The position numbers and the translations under genes are program-made. A stretch of 62,089 nt of DNA. It comes from an uncultured Candidatus Saccharibacteria bacterium. GTDB taxonomy: Bacteria > Patescibacteriota > Minisyncoccia > Phycocordibacterales > UBA9973. The DNA is taken from assembly GCA_964622505.1 (NCBI GenBank), contig CAZUQJ010000003.1, positions 1-62,089 on the forward strand, in the 5' to 3' direction. How positions within the stretch are numbered: position 1 is the stretch's first letter; each line of letters starts with the position of its first letter. Below the pieces are notes generated by a model that saw only the letters and a program-made list of their open reading frames with translations, did no database searches and had not been told where the DNA came from. Shown in pieces: positions 19,576 to 28,912 of this stretch.

Positions 19576-19576
19576 G

Positions 19577-20731
19577 CTATTTGCAGACTTTCATTATTTT
19601 TTTATAATACTCTATATAGTGCTCTACAATTTTTGTACCCGAGAACCCTGACAGGGCTCGAACTTTTGCCTGCTCTCCAAGCTCGAGTACCAATGCTTTA
19701 TTGAAAGAGAGCTCTTTGAGCTTTTTTGCAAATGCATCAACCTTACCTACAGGAAAAAGGAATCCTGTAATGCCTGATTGCATAAACTCGCCAATACCAC
19801 CAGCATTTGTCGCTAATACCGGCTTGCCATAACTCATAGTCTCGAGTATTCCCATCCCGAAACTCTCTTCTCCAGAAGTGTATATTCCAATATCACTTGC
19901 ATTTATATAGTTCTCGACATCAAGTACATTTTTCTTTATGGTTACTTGCTTTTCTATCCCCAACTTTTTTATCAATGGCAAATACTCGTCCGAGTTACCA
20001 CCAGCTAGAATCAAAAGTTTTATCTTTTTGTTATTTTTTACCTTTGACATCATTGCCAAAAGATCTGGTATCCTCTTAACTGGTCTCATGTTTGAAAGGT
20101 GGATAGCAAGAAAATCATCTTGCTCAATTCCAATCATTTTGCGAATTAACTGTGGGGATTTTTTTATCTTTTTAGGATTGTAAAAATTATGAATTACACT
20201 AATATCCTTTTTTGTGTTTAGAACCTTGACTGTATCCCCCTTCAAGCTTTCCGAAACTGCCGTAACTCCACAAGAACTTTCGATAGAATATTTTATAACC
20301 GGCATCAAGCTTTTATCACGAGCAAGAAGTGTGATATCTGTACCATGCAATGTAGTTACGACATTTGGAAAATGTATTTTTTGGGTCTCGGAAATATCTT
20401 TTGCAAGTAATGCAGCAGTCGCATGAGGGACGGCATAATGCACGTGTAAAATATCTAATTTATACTTAGTATTTACATCTACAATCTTTACAGCCAATGG
20501 CAATGTGTAATCTGGGTATTTAAAAAGCTCATAGCTGTTGAATACTACTTTGTGAAAGAATATATTCTTTTGGTCTGTATCGAGTGCAAAAGGAGGATCG
20601 TAACTAATAAAGTGGACCTTGTGCCCAAGCCGTGCCAATTCACTCCCAAGCCCTGTGGCGACAATTCCACTACCACCCACGCTCGGATAGCATACAATAC
20701 CAATTTTTAATATTTTATTTTTTTTAGCCAT
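19577..20731 (-). CDS. bshA: N-acetyl-alpha-D-glucosaminyl L-malate synthase (GT4)
   Basis: KIGIVCYPSVGGSGIVATGLG and TTLHGTDIT match the BshA N-terminus and core as I recall them from Bacillus BshA. Confidence 0.8.
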   Translation of the reverse strand: MAKKNKILKIGIVCYPSVGGSGIVATGLGSELARLGHKVHFISYDPPFALDTDQKNIFFHKVVFNSYELFKYPDYTLPLAVKIVDVNTKYKLDILHVHYAVPHATAALLAKDISETQKIHFPNVVTTLHGTDITLLARDKSLMPVIKYSIESSCGVTAVSESLKGDTVKVLNTKKDISVIHNFYNPKKIKKSPQLIRKMIGIEQDDFLAIHLSNMRPVKRIPDLLAMMSKVKNNKKIKLLILAGGNSDEYLPLIKKLGIEKQVTIKKNVLDVENYINASDIGIYTSGEESFGMGILETMSYGKPVLATNAGGIGEFMQSGITGFLFPVGKVDAFAKKLKELSFNKALVLELGEQAKVRALSGFSGTKIVEHYIEYYKKIMKVCK

Positions 20732-20732
20732 C

Positions 20733-21437
20733 TTAATAATTGCGAGAAGAATTTTTAAAGTCTGAGAAACTTTCTATCCTTATTGGGTCATTGGCCCATA
20801 ACCCTGTAGCGTATTCTACTCCTATAGATGCACCAATAGCTTTCGCTTTACTTGTAACTAGGTTTATATACGACCTCGTTTGCATTTGGCTTTTGTGCAT
20901 AGACATAGACTGTGCCCATGCTTCGTATTGATCTGTGACATCAATAACGATATCCGGTTTCTCGTCAATTTCAGCACTGGATTGATAATAATACAACCCA
21001 TCTATATTGTGAGTTGTATATTTTTTAATTTCTTTAAGTCCTCCATATCGAGCAAAGCGTGATGCGTCGCGTACCATATCTGACAAATTTTTGTGATCTG
21101 GATGTTGATTGTCTGTTTGCGATGTTACCAGCACTACATTTGGTTTGTATTTGCGAATCATTTCGGCAAGCTTGAGAGTATTTTTAGTATTTTTCTCAAT
21201 ATGGCAGTCCCCTCCTAGATTTATAAATTCAATTTCTGCACCCATCAATTTGGCAGAATTTATAGCCTCCTTTTTACGACTCGCCGGTGTACCATTGGTC
21301 CCCGCTTCACCAAGTGAAGTAACCACAATCATAACCCGATTGCCATTCTGAATTTCCTTTATCAGTAGCCCTCCACAGCCAAACTCGACATCGTCTGGAT
21401 GAGCCCCAAAAGCTAAAATCTTTTTCATATATTTCAA
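20733..21437 (-). CDS. bshB: PIG-L family deacetylase, BshB-like
   Basis: LAFGAHPDDVEFGCGG and HPDH motifs; adjacent to bshA. Confidence 0.8.
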   Translation of the reverse strand: MKYMKKILAFGAHPDDVEFGCGGLLIKEIQNGNRVMIVVTSLGEAGTNGTPASRKKEAINSAKLMGAEIEFINLGGDCHIEKNTKNTLKLAEMIRKYKPNVVLVTSQTDNQHPDHKNLSDMVRDASRFARYGGLKEIKKYTTHNIDGLYYYQSSAEIDEKPDIVIDVTDQYEAWAQSMSMHKSQMQTRSYINLVTSKAKAIGASIGVEYATGLWANDPIRIESFSDFKNSSRNY

Positions 21438-21468
21438 TTTACATTAAATACTAATATTACACAACTTG

Positions 21469-22248
21469 CTAATCTGGGATATATGCATAGTCAGAATTGT
21501 CTATAATATCTCTATTTACAAACATCACATCAGGGAAATCTTCTTTTTTTAAGTAGTTACCTTCGCCCAATCCTGTTACATAGTGTGTGCAGTGCAGGAC
21601 AGATTGCATCCAGGCGAATCTGTTGTCGCGGTTTGGATTCTTTTGATATTTTTCTATTTGATTTGGAGTTGGAGTTGGAATATTAAAATATTTGCCTCCG
21701 CCTTCGTGTAGGCGCAATTTACCTTCGTATAATTCTGCTCTTACAATTTGCCCGTCGTATTCTACATCGGCAAAATATGTATCCAGATCTAATGCTTGCT
21801 TGCGGAAATCTTTATCACTTGAACGGACAACTTCGATACCATCGAGTAATCCCAGCTTTTTATACATTGATAGGCAAAAGTCGGCGACAGTTTTCTCTTT
21901 CACGCTTGCGAAAATATCAATCAAATTTTTTCCCATAAATCTTGGTAACTTACGAGCAATTTCATCTTGCCAATTTGCGTCTATTCCTTTTATATAAAGT
22001 GGTGAATACTTCTTCTGAATTTTGTTACCTTGGGTGAAATTAAGCCTGACTTCTTCTTTAGTCTTTGGGTCAATCAATACTGTAATCGTCTCACGATAGT
22101 CAGCATCGGAATCGTGATAAAAGAATACGATCTTGCCTCCAATTTCTTTTTGCAATTTACGAGCACTATTTATCTTGGCATACAAATACCTCTTAGGAAA
22201 AAATCCATTGGGTTGCTGACCGAAGCATATGACGGGTGTAGTACTCAT
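21469..22248 (-). CDS. short BshC-like protein (putative cysteine-adding enzyme core)
   Basis: PVICFGQQPNGFF...KI...VFFYHDSDAD parallels the BshC GGQQ(x)GL..GPLY..K...FW.AGEDHD segment; only 259 aa. Confidence 0.4.
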   Translation of the reverse strand: MSTTPVICFGQQPNGFFPKRYLYAKINSARKLQKEIGGKIVFFYHDSDADYRETITVLIDPKTKEEVRLNFTQGNKIQKKYSPLYIKGIDANWQDEIARKLPRFMGKNLIDIFASVKEKTVADFCLSMYKKLGLLDGIEVVRSSDKDFRKQALDLDTYFADVEYDGQIVRAELYEGKLRLHEGGGKYFNIPTPTPNQIEKYQKNPNRDNRFAWMQSVLHCTHYVTGLGEGNYLKKEDFPDVMFVNRDIIDNSDYAYIPD

Positions 22249-22252
22249 ACAA

Positions 22253-23995
22253 TTAAACTCTTTCTCCTATTTGTTGGCGCCACATTGCAGAATACAAGCC
22301 TTTTTTATCTAGAAGTTCAGTATGCTTTCCTGATTCAGTAATTGAACCTTTTTCTAATACATATATAGTATCGGCATGCATAATAGTCGACAAACGGTGT
22401 GCTATAAGAATAGTAATATGCGAACTAGCCAAAGAAACATCTTTTATAGTCTTGCTAATCTCTTCTTCTGTAAGTGAATCAAGCGAACTTGTAGCTTCGT
22501 CAAAGATAAGGATATTCGGTTTCCGTAACAATGCTCGCGCAATAGATAGCCTTTGCTTCTCTCCTCCTGAAACTTTGACCCCTCCTTCACCGATGAGTGT
22601 ATCGAGGCCCTTGCCCCCACGAGCGAGCAAATTTTGGCATTGGGCGCTATGTAGAGCTTTCAAGCATTCCTCATCTGTGGCAGTCGGCTTTACAAAGAGC
22701 AAATTCTCGCGAATACTACCCGAGAAAAGCTGAGTATCCTGAGTCACAAAGCCGATCTGTCTTCGCAAGTCTTCTTTGTCCGAATCTTCAAATGGTATGT
22801 CATTGAAGCAAACTTTGCCTTCTGTAGGCACATAGAGCCCTACGAGCAACTTTACAAGCGAGGTCTTGCCAGAACCAGATGGGCCGACAAAGGCAATAGT
22901 CTGACCACGCTCTGCTTGGAAAGTAATATTTTCTAGTGCTTTATTGTTATCTATACCATAGCCGAAAGAAACATTTTTGAGAGATAAAGTCTTTATCTCT
23001 CCCAAACTTTTTGGATTGTTTGGAGTTGGTTCTTTTGGTATTTTCATTAATGTTTCAAAATTTGCAAGCGAGGCTTGGGCTTCACGATATGTATTTATCA
23101 CATTTCCCATTTCTTGTAATGGATTGAAAACAAAAAATGAGTAGAACAATAAAGAAAAAAATTCACCAATAGTTATAACCTTTAAAAAGATCAAATACAG
23201 CATAAAAAGCATGATACTGGTACGAACCAGATTGATAACCGTGCCTTGGATAAAAGATAGGCTTCGTAAGTATCGAAGCTTCTTTAATTCCAATTTCAAA
23301 ATCTTTTCGGTTGTTGAGTTTAGGCGGTCCATTTCCTGTGTTGCCAAACCCAAACTTTTTACAAGCTCAATATTGCGCAAAGACTCTGTGGTAGAGCCAG
23401 CGAGAGCTGTCGTCTCGGCCACAATTACTTTTTGAATATTTTTTATTTTCTTTGAAAGAAGTAAACTCATTCCAACAATAATTGGAATTGTACAAAAGAA
23501 TGCCAAGGCTATGCCCCAGTAGACACTCGTAGCGTAAATAGCCACAAAGGTAAAGCCGACAAGTGATACAAATAAAATATTTACAGCGGCTGCAATCAAC
23601 TTCTCTGTGTCTTGGCGAACTTTTTGTAATTTACCCAGAGTCTCGCCACTGCGCTCGTCTTCAAAAACACTATACGGCAAAGAAAGAGAATGAGAAATTC
23701 CATCACGATATAGATCTGCTCCAACCCGCTGGCTAATACCATTGAGGAAATAGTCTTGGAAATTCTTTGCAATACGAGAAACAAAAGCCACACCTATAGT
23801 TGCGAGTAACAACAAGCCCACACCTCTGAAAAATTGTTCACTTGTGTAGGAATCTATTTTTGTAGCATAGTCATCGATAACATGACGGAAAATGTACGGA
23901 TCAAGCAGTGCAAATATCTGGTTGATAGATGCAAGTAACAGGGTCAACAAACACAGTTTCCAATATTTCTTTAAATAATGATAGAAAATTTTCAT
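22253..23995 (-). CDS. ABC exporter, fused permease and ATPase
   Basis: Six-TM domain then Walker A GPSGSGKTS, signature VSGGEKQR, Walker B ILIFDEATS; ATG at 23995 preferred over the TTG at 24019. Confidence 0.9.
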   Translation of the reverse strand: MKIFYHYLKKYWKLCLLTLLLASINQIFALLDPYIFRHVIDDYATKIDSYTSEQFFRGVGLLLLATIGVAFVSRIAKNFQDYFLNGISQRVGADLYRDGISHSLSLPYSVFEDERSGETLGKLQKVRQDTEKLIAAAVNILFVSLVGFTFVAIYATSVYWGIALAFFCTIPIIVGMSLLLSKKIKNIQKVIVAETTALAGSTTESLRNIELVKSLGLATQEMDRLNSTTEKILKLELKKLRYLRSLSFIQGTVINLVRTSIMLFMLYLIFLKVITIGEFFSLLFYSFFVFNPLQEMGNVINTYREAQASLANFETLMKIPKEPTPNNPKSLGEIKTLSLKNVSFGYGIDNNKALENITFQAERGQTIAFVGPSGSGKTSLVKLLVGLYVPTEGKVCFNDIPFEDSDKEDLRRQIGFVTQDTQLFSGSIRENLLFVKPTATDEECLKALHSAQCQNLLARGGKGLDTLIGEGGVKVSGGEKQRLSIARALLRKPNILIFDEATSSLDSLTEEEISKTIKDVSLASSHITILIAHRLSTIMHADTIYVLEKGSITESGKHTELLDKKGLYSAMWRQQIGERV

Positions 23996-24025
23996 ATATG
24001 GAATGTCATTATAGCACAAGTTGCC

Positions 24026-24247
24026 CTACTTCTTTACAGACAGTAATTTGCTCGGGCTGTGGTGCCCGCTAAAAATTTTGACGGCTTTTGGGCTTATTTT
24101 ATATAGGAGAGCGACAAGTTCTATGACCCGAGTATTGGCCATATTGCGCTCGGCCTTTTCCTTCACATGTATTTCATACCTGTTCTCACCTACTTCCTTT
24201 ACAGATTCTTTTCGCGCCCCTGATACAACTTTTATTTTGATATACAT
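24026..24247 (-). CDS. DUF167 (YggU) family protein
   Basis: IKIKVVSGARKESV...EKAERNMANTRVIELVA...SGHHSPSKLL; ATG at 24247. Confidence 0.7.
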   Translation of the reverse strand: MYIKIKVVSGARKESVKEVGENRYEIHVKEKAERNMANTRVIELVALLYKISPKAVKIFSGHHSPSKLLSVKK

Positions 24248-24819
24248 ATTTTCTTCCTTCTTATTAAACAAATAATTATTAAGACAATATTGCAAGAACA
24301 TATCGTTACAAGATAGCTTAAAGTAAGAATATTGTATTCAGCTAGTGCGATGATTGCAAAAATATTACCTATAGAAAATAACACCCACGAAAGGACTGTT
24401 TCGCCCCATGGATCAGTCCATGATTTGCGATAGCTTGGGATATACCCCAGAGCATCAGCAAGACACACCATAAGTACTGCCAGGATCGGGTTGTGCAGTT
24501 GCCACCAGATCACTATCGCCGAGAGTGCCATAATCAGAATTATAGTATCACCGAGAGTTATCTTTTTTGTTCCATTTTTTAAAGAAAATAAAAATACAAA
24601 AATTACAAGCACTGCGCCAATAGAGAGACCGAGCGCCCCGAAACCCGCATTGCCATACCACATACCTGCCACAGCCACACCTTGGGTAATCGCCCAAATG
24701 AGCCAAGTATAGGTATGAGGTCTCGTCCGCTTCAGGAATATATCCCGAATATAAGGATAAAAAGCAATAATACCAATTATTACAGCCAACCCAGCAGATA
24801 TAGTTTTAAAAGTTTGCAT
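24232..24819 (-). CDS. hypothetical polytopic membrane protein
   Basis: 195 aa, about six TM helices. Confidence 0.6.
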   Translation of the reverse strand: MQTFKTISAGLAVIIGIIAFYPYIRDIFLKRTRPHTYTWLIWAITQGVAVAGMWYGNAGFGALGLSIGAVLVIFVFLFSLKNGTKKITLGDTIILIMALSAIVIWWQLHNPILAVLMVCLADALGYIPSYRKSWTDPWGETVLSWVLFSIGNIFAIIALAEYNILTLSYLVTICSCNIVLIIICLIRRKKICISK

Positions 24820-24915
24820 TATAGTTAAATTTCATATGGATTTCTCTGTAAAATATTATACCATGGCAACCATTGGGATTACTGTAGATTTTGCTTTTTA
24901 GAGCATTTTTTGCTA

Positions 24916-26574
24916 CTATAATCTAGTATTCCCCGGTAGCTCAGCGGCAGAGCAGAGAACTGTTAATTCTAAGGTCGTAGGTTCGATCCCTACCCGGGGA
25001 GCCAGATAAGATGATGGTATACCATTTTCACTACTTAAGCCTTTTGCGATAAAGGTTTTTTGTAGTTCGTAGGCTTCATTTAACTTAGGAATCCATTCAA
25101 GCAAATAATTACACGCTAAATTATAGTTTGGCTTTATTTCATAAACGTTTTGTGTAAAGTTCGTAAACAATTGAGAGAATAATAATCGTTTCTCGTCTAC
25201 TGTTGCTTTTTCGTAAATTTCTTTTGCTTTAAAAGCAAGGTCATGCATAACTAAACGAAGTTCTTGATACTCATCACTTTGAGAAGCAATTTTTTCAAGA
25301 GCAGATTCTAAAATACTTTCCTCTGTTTTACATTCAGCTATTTTTCTTTCGCAATATTCAAGGTCTACCTCTCTATTTATCTTTGCCTCAAAGTACTTAT
25401 CTTTTTGTTTTCGTATTCCCTGAAGTAAGCCGTTGAGCCTTTGGACTTCAATTTCTCTTAATTTAACTTGACCAGCATTTTCTTCTAGAATTATACTTTC
25501 AATCCATTTAAGTACAGCTTCGTTTTTAGGAGCTATTTTACCAAAGATGCTAGCTATCTGCTTTTCCGCTTCTTCTTGCTTAATATAGGTCTTTTTGGAG
25601 CAATAACGAGATTTTAAATGATTATTACAATGTCCATAGATAGTTCCTTTCTGTAATTCCCAACTTAATACACCACCACAACCATCACAGAAGATTTTAC
25701 TTTGAAAAAGATAATTATGCTTAGTAGAAAGAGAAGTTTTACCTCGTCTTCTTAATACACTGTTTACTTTTTCAAATAAATCTTTAGAAATTATAGGTTC
25801 ATGTTTGGCTGGATATATTTCACCACTCCATCTCATTTTTCCACAATAGAATGGGTCTAAAAGTAGTTCATATATTCTACCTTGATAAATCTTGCCTCCA
25901 TTTCTTGTACGAAGTCCGAGTTTATTCATTTCATCTTCTAATCCAATGACGGAATAGTTTCCTGTCGCATAGAGTTCAAACATTTTTTTTAAAAGCGGGG
26001 CAGTTTCATTATCAATGACATGTATTTTATGACCCTTTTCTCCGATAGTTTTATATCCAAGGGGTGGTTTTGTAGGCAACCATCCTTGAGCGATTTTTTC
26101 CTTTTGCCCTTTTTTAACTTCCTCGGATAAGTTGGAAATATATTTCTTTGCAAGAACAATTTCAATATCCCAACGAAATTTTTCATCAGATTTAGCATTC
26201 TTATGTATCACGAGGTTCTGTTTTACAAAATGGATTTGTCTTTCATCGTTAGCTTCAATCCAATCATTTGCTACCACAGCTTCTTTAAGGTTTCTGGTAA
26301 GGCGGTCCACTTTCTCACACAATAGTATTTGGATATTTTTCTTCCTCATATATTCCATCATTTCAGCAAAGGTTTTTCTTTGTTTTGCTCCACTAGCAGA
26401 TTCAGCTACTGAAAATACTTTTATTACAGTAAGACTTTTTCTTTGAGCATATTCCATAAGAAGCTTTTCTTGTGCTGGCAATGAATAGCCTGTATCTTCT
26501 TGTTCTTTAGAAGATACTCGACAATAAATTACAGCCTCATTTTTTATGTTTTTAATTTTTTCTTGTTTTTTCAT
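24916..26574 (-). CDS. large serine recombinase (integrase)
   Basis: AVIYCRVSSKEQ catalytic Ser region, recombinase domain, Cys-rich zinc ribbon (CDGCGG...HCNNH...C), coiled coil; the last ~30 codons are antisense to tRNA-Asn. Confidence 0.88.
   Translation of the reverse strand: MKKQEKIKNIKNEAVIYCRVSSKEQEDTGYSLPAQEKLLMEYAQRKSLTVIKVFSVAESASGAKQRKTFAEMMEYMRKKNIQILLCEKVDRLTRNLKEAVVANDWIEANDERQIHFVKQNLVIHKNAKSDEKFRWDIEIVLAKKYISNLSEEVKKGQKEKIAQGWLPTKPPLGYKTIGEKGHKIHVIDNETAPLLKKMFELYATGNYSVIGLEDEMNKLGLRTRNGGKIYQGRIYELLLDPFYCGKMRWSGEIYPAKHEPIISKDLFEKVNSVLRRRGKTSLSTKHNYLFQSKIFCDGCGGVLSWELQKGTIYGHCNNHLKSRYCSKKTYIKQEEAEKQIASIFGKIAPKNEAVLKWIESIILEENAGQVKLREIEVQRLNGLLQGIRKQKDKYFEAKINREVDLEYCERKIAECKTEESILESALEKIASQSDEYQELRLVMHDLAFKAKEIYEKATVDEKRLLFSQLFTNFTQNVYEIKPNYNLACNYLLEWIPKLNEAYELQKTFIAKGLSSENGIPSSYLAPRVGIEPTTLELTVLCSAAELPGNTRL
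24930..25004 (+). tRNA. tRNA-Asn(GTT) with encoded CCA
   Basis: TCCCCGG/CCGGGGA acceptor, GCTC/GAGC D-stem, anticodon loop CTGTTAA, T-arm GTAGG-TTCGATC-CCTAC, GCCA end; TATAAT at 24915..24920. Confidence 0.93.
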
Positions 26575-26846
26575 TTAATTAGATTTTTATTTATAAACTC
26601 ATTAAAACTTTCTTCATCTATCCTATATTCCTTGCCAAACTTATATGCTTTAATTTTTTTTGCTCTTATATAACGATATATTGTTATTATGTTTAACTTA
26701 AGTTTTTCAGCCAATTCTTCAGCTGTGTAAAAATTTCCAGTCGCTCTTTTTAATGCGTTTATTGTTATTGCCCCATAGTCAGTCTTACTTCTTTTTATGT
26801 TTGGGTTGCTAACAAAATTAAATAGGTTTGTTTTTTTACTTCTCAT
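26571..26846 (-). CDS. excisionase-family helix-turn-helix DNA-binding protein
   Basis: YTAEELAEKLKLNIITIYRYIRAKKIKAYKFGKEYRI; stop overlaps the recombinase start (ATGA). Confidence 0.7.
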   Translation of the reverse strand: MRSKKTNLFNFVSNPNIKRSKTDYGAITINALKRATGNFYTAEELAEKLKLNIITIYRYIRAKKIKAYKFGKEYRIDEESFNEFINKNLIK

Positions 26847-26897
26847 ATATTAATAATACCATACTGGACTTTTCTATACAAACAAATTTATCAACTT

Positions 26898-27086
26898 TTA
26901 CCACTCTATTGTTTTTAAGTTCTCACTGTCTTTTTTGATACGTTGATAGACCTTAAAGAGGTGTAAATAATAATTAGCGACCCCATTAGCAATTTCCTTA
27001 AGCTGGTCTTCCGAATAATCCTCAAAATTAGCTAGGTCTTTTTGGAGTTCAATAAATTCTTTTATCTGTTCTGGTTTGAGTTCCAT
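26898..27086 (-). CDS. hypothetical small protein
   Basis: 62-aa ORF in the same operon. Confidence 0.4.
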   Translation of the reverse strand: MELKPEQIKEFIELQKDLANFEDYSEDQLKEIANGVANYYLHLFKVYQRIKKDSENLKTIEW

Positions 27087-27090
27087 CTTT

Positions 27091-28452
27091 TTAAAACCCT
27101 AGCTCTTCAGCCGTTGGTGGCTCTATAATGTTCACGACGTTCACATCATTCACTTCTTCACCTTTAATATCCGCATCCGTGATGCCGTATCGTTCTTTCC
27201 AAAAATCCAGTCGTTCTCTGTTCCTTGCTAATTCAAGCACATACCCTCGTCTTGTTTTATAGGGTTTAAGTTGTAATTTTGATCTAAGATACCAGCCGAT
27301 TTTTCTTGGCGTTAGTTTTTCCTCAAAATCAAATAAATCTTGATTCACATATTCTGATATTTCACCAACTGTGATTTCTTTATTGCCTTTATCGTGTTCA
27401 AACTTAAAAATTGCAAAGATAATATCTGATTCTCTTGAAAGCCCTCTGTCTGCAATAAGCTCGGTGTTGTATTTTTGCACGAACTCTTTCAAAGACTGCT
27501 TCATTTCCTTAGATTCAATTATGGTCATAAGGGGAATTACAATCTGATGCAGTCGTGGGTGAATATCCTCAATAAGTGTCTCGTCGAAAACAAGTTCCTT
27601 TTGATAGTTTCTAAAACGCCACATAAGAAGTTTATTTCGGAGTATCAAGGCTTCTCCCCAAAACTCATCACTTAATCTTCTAGGAATATCCTCTCGTAGC
27701 TTTCCACGCCCCATTTCTTCCACCAAGAAACGGCTCTCAAGTGCTTTGTCGCTGAATGTCTCTCTGGTGGCTACTATCTTGGGAGAAAATACATCAAATG
27801 CTCGCATCTCCATTAAATCTTTTCCTTGCATTCTTAAAACAGACCCACCTTTTTGGTAGCCCATATTCAGTATTTTTATTATGTCCTGTGTCATATCACT
27901 GAAACGCAAATCCGCCTCATCAAGTATTAGAGTGCCTCTTACTTCGTCTAGAATGCGGAATATAGGGGCTGTGGTAGTTGCTCCGCCTGTGAATATAGGA
28001 CGATAGCATATAGAACCAATTACCTGTAAAAACCTGCTCTTACCGCTTCCAAAATCTCCTATAGCTCTTAAGTACGGTACTTCGCTGAAACGGTCATATA
28101 CCCAACTAAAAAGGGCGTAATATGAGGCAATCTGCTCAAACATAGGTGATATGTCTAAGTAGTGATGTATGAACTTTCTAATCTCTTCTAGAAGCTCTTC
28201 TTCTGTTACGTATTCAAGTGGCTCAGATGGTAGTAAAACTATCCCTTTACTTACAACATCACTTCTAGCATCAAGTGGAAATATTTCTTGTTCTCCTTGT
28301 TTTACTTTGTCTAGAAATTGAATTTCTCCATTTTTATATACTACAAATTGCGTCTGCTGTTTATTTTTATCGTAAACTGTTTCGGCAAGTTTATTATCTG
28401 ATACAAGGGATGCTTTTCTATTTTTCTTTACATTTTTATCTTCATTTTTCAT
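27091..28452 (-). CDS. P-loop NTPase, possibly replication or primase-associated
   Basis: Walker A GDFGSGKS and Walker B LILDEADL. Confidence 0.55.
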   Translation of the reverse strand: MKNEDKNVKKNRKASLVSDNKLAETVYDKNKQQTQFVVYKNGEIQFLDKVKQGEQEIFPLDARSDVVSKGIVLLPSEPLEYVTEEELLEEIRKFIHHYLDISPMFEQIASYYALFSWVYDRFSEVPYLRAIGDFGSGKSRFLQVIGSICYRPIFTGGATTTAPIFRILDEVRGTLILDEADLRFSDMTQDIIKILNMGYQKGGSVLRMQGKDLMEMRAFDVFSPKIVATRETFSDKALESRFLVEEMGRGKLREDIPRRLSDEFWGEALILRNKLLMWRFRNYQKELVFDETLIEDIHPRLHQIVIPLMTIIESKEMKQSLKEFVQKYNTELIADRGLSRESDIIFAIFKFEHDKGNKEITVGEISEYVNQDLFDFEEKLTPRKIGWYLRSKLQLKPYKTRRGYVLELARNRERLDFWKERYGITDADIKGEEVNDVNVVNIIEPPTAEELGF

Positions 28453-28479
28453 ATTTTTATTTCTATTTAATCTAATAAT

Positions 28480-28758
28480 TTAAAACTTCCTATTAAACCC
28501 GTTATCTTTCAGAAAAGACAATAACTGTCGGCGAGCTTCCTCGTATACATGCACTTGTACTAGCAAGTCTGGGTCATCCTTGTCGCCAAATTTATATTTT
28601 TCTTCAAGTTCTTCCAGTCTGGGGCTTTGGATAAACACGAACTCTTTAATTCCATTTCCTAATGAGTTTACATTCGCCAGCTTTTGACCTTTAGCGTATA
28701 GAAAGTTGCATTTCTGAAAATCGCTATCTCTAAAATACCTTTCATTTTTTATTTTCAT
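28480..28758 (-). CDS. hypothetical protein (DUF5659-like by recollection)
   Basis: 92 aa; the FRDSDFQKCNFLYAKGQKL...FVF pattern resembles small proteins common in CPR mobile elements. Confidence 0.4.
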   Translation of the reverse strand: MKIKNERYFRDSDFQKCNFLYAKGQKLANVNSLGNGIKEFVFIQSPRLEELEEKYKFGDKDDPDLLVQVHVYEEARRQLLSFLKDNGFNRKF

Positions 28759-28912
28759 CTTATTTCTTTATTACTATTAATTTTGTAGCTACATGACTGA
28801 GAATAGCCGAATAAAATAGTTAAAAATAGTTCAGCCTTAGTAGGAGTAAAATGAAAAAGACCCCTATTAAATAAGGGTGCTTTTGGGCTAGTTAACAAGA
28901 AGTTAAACTTAA

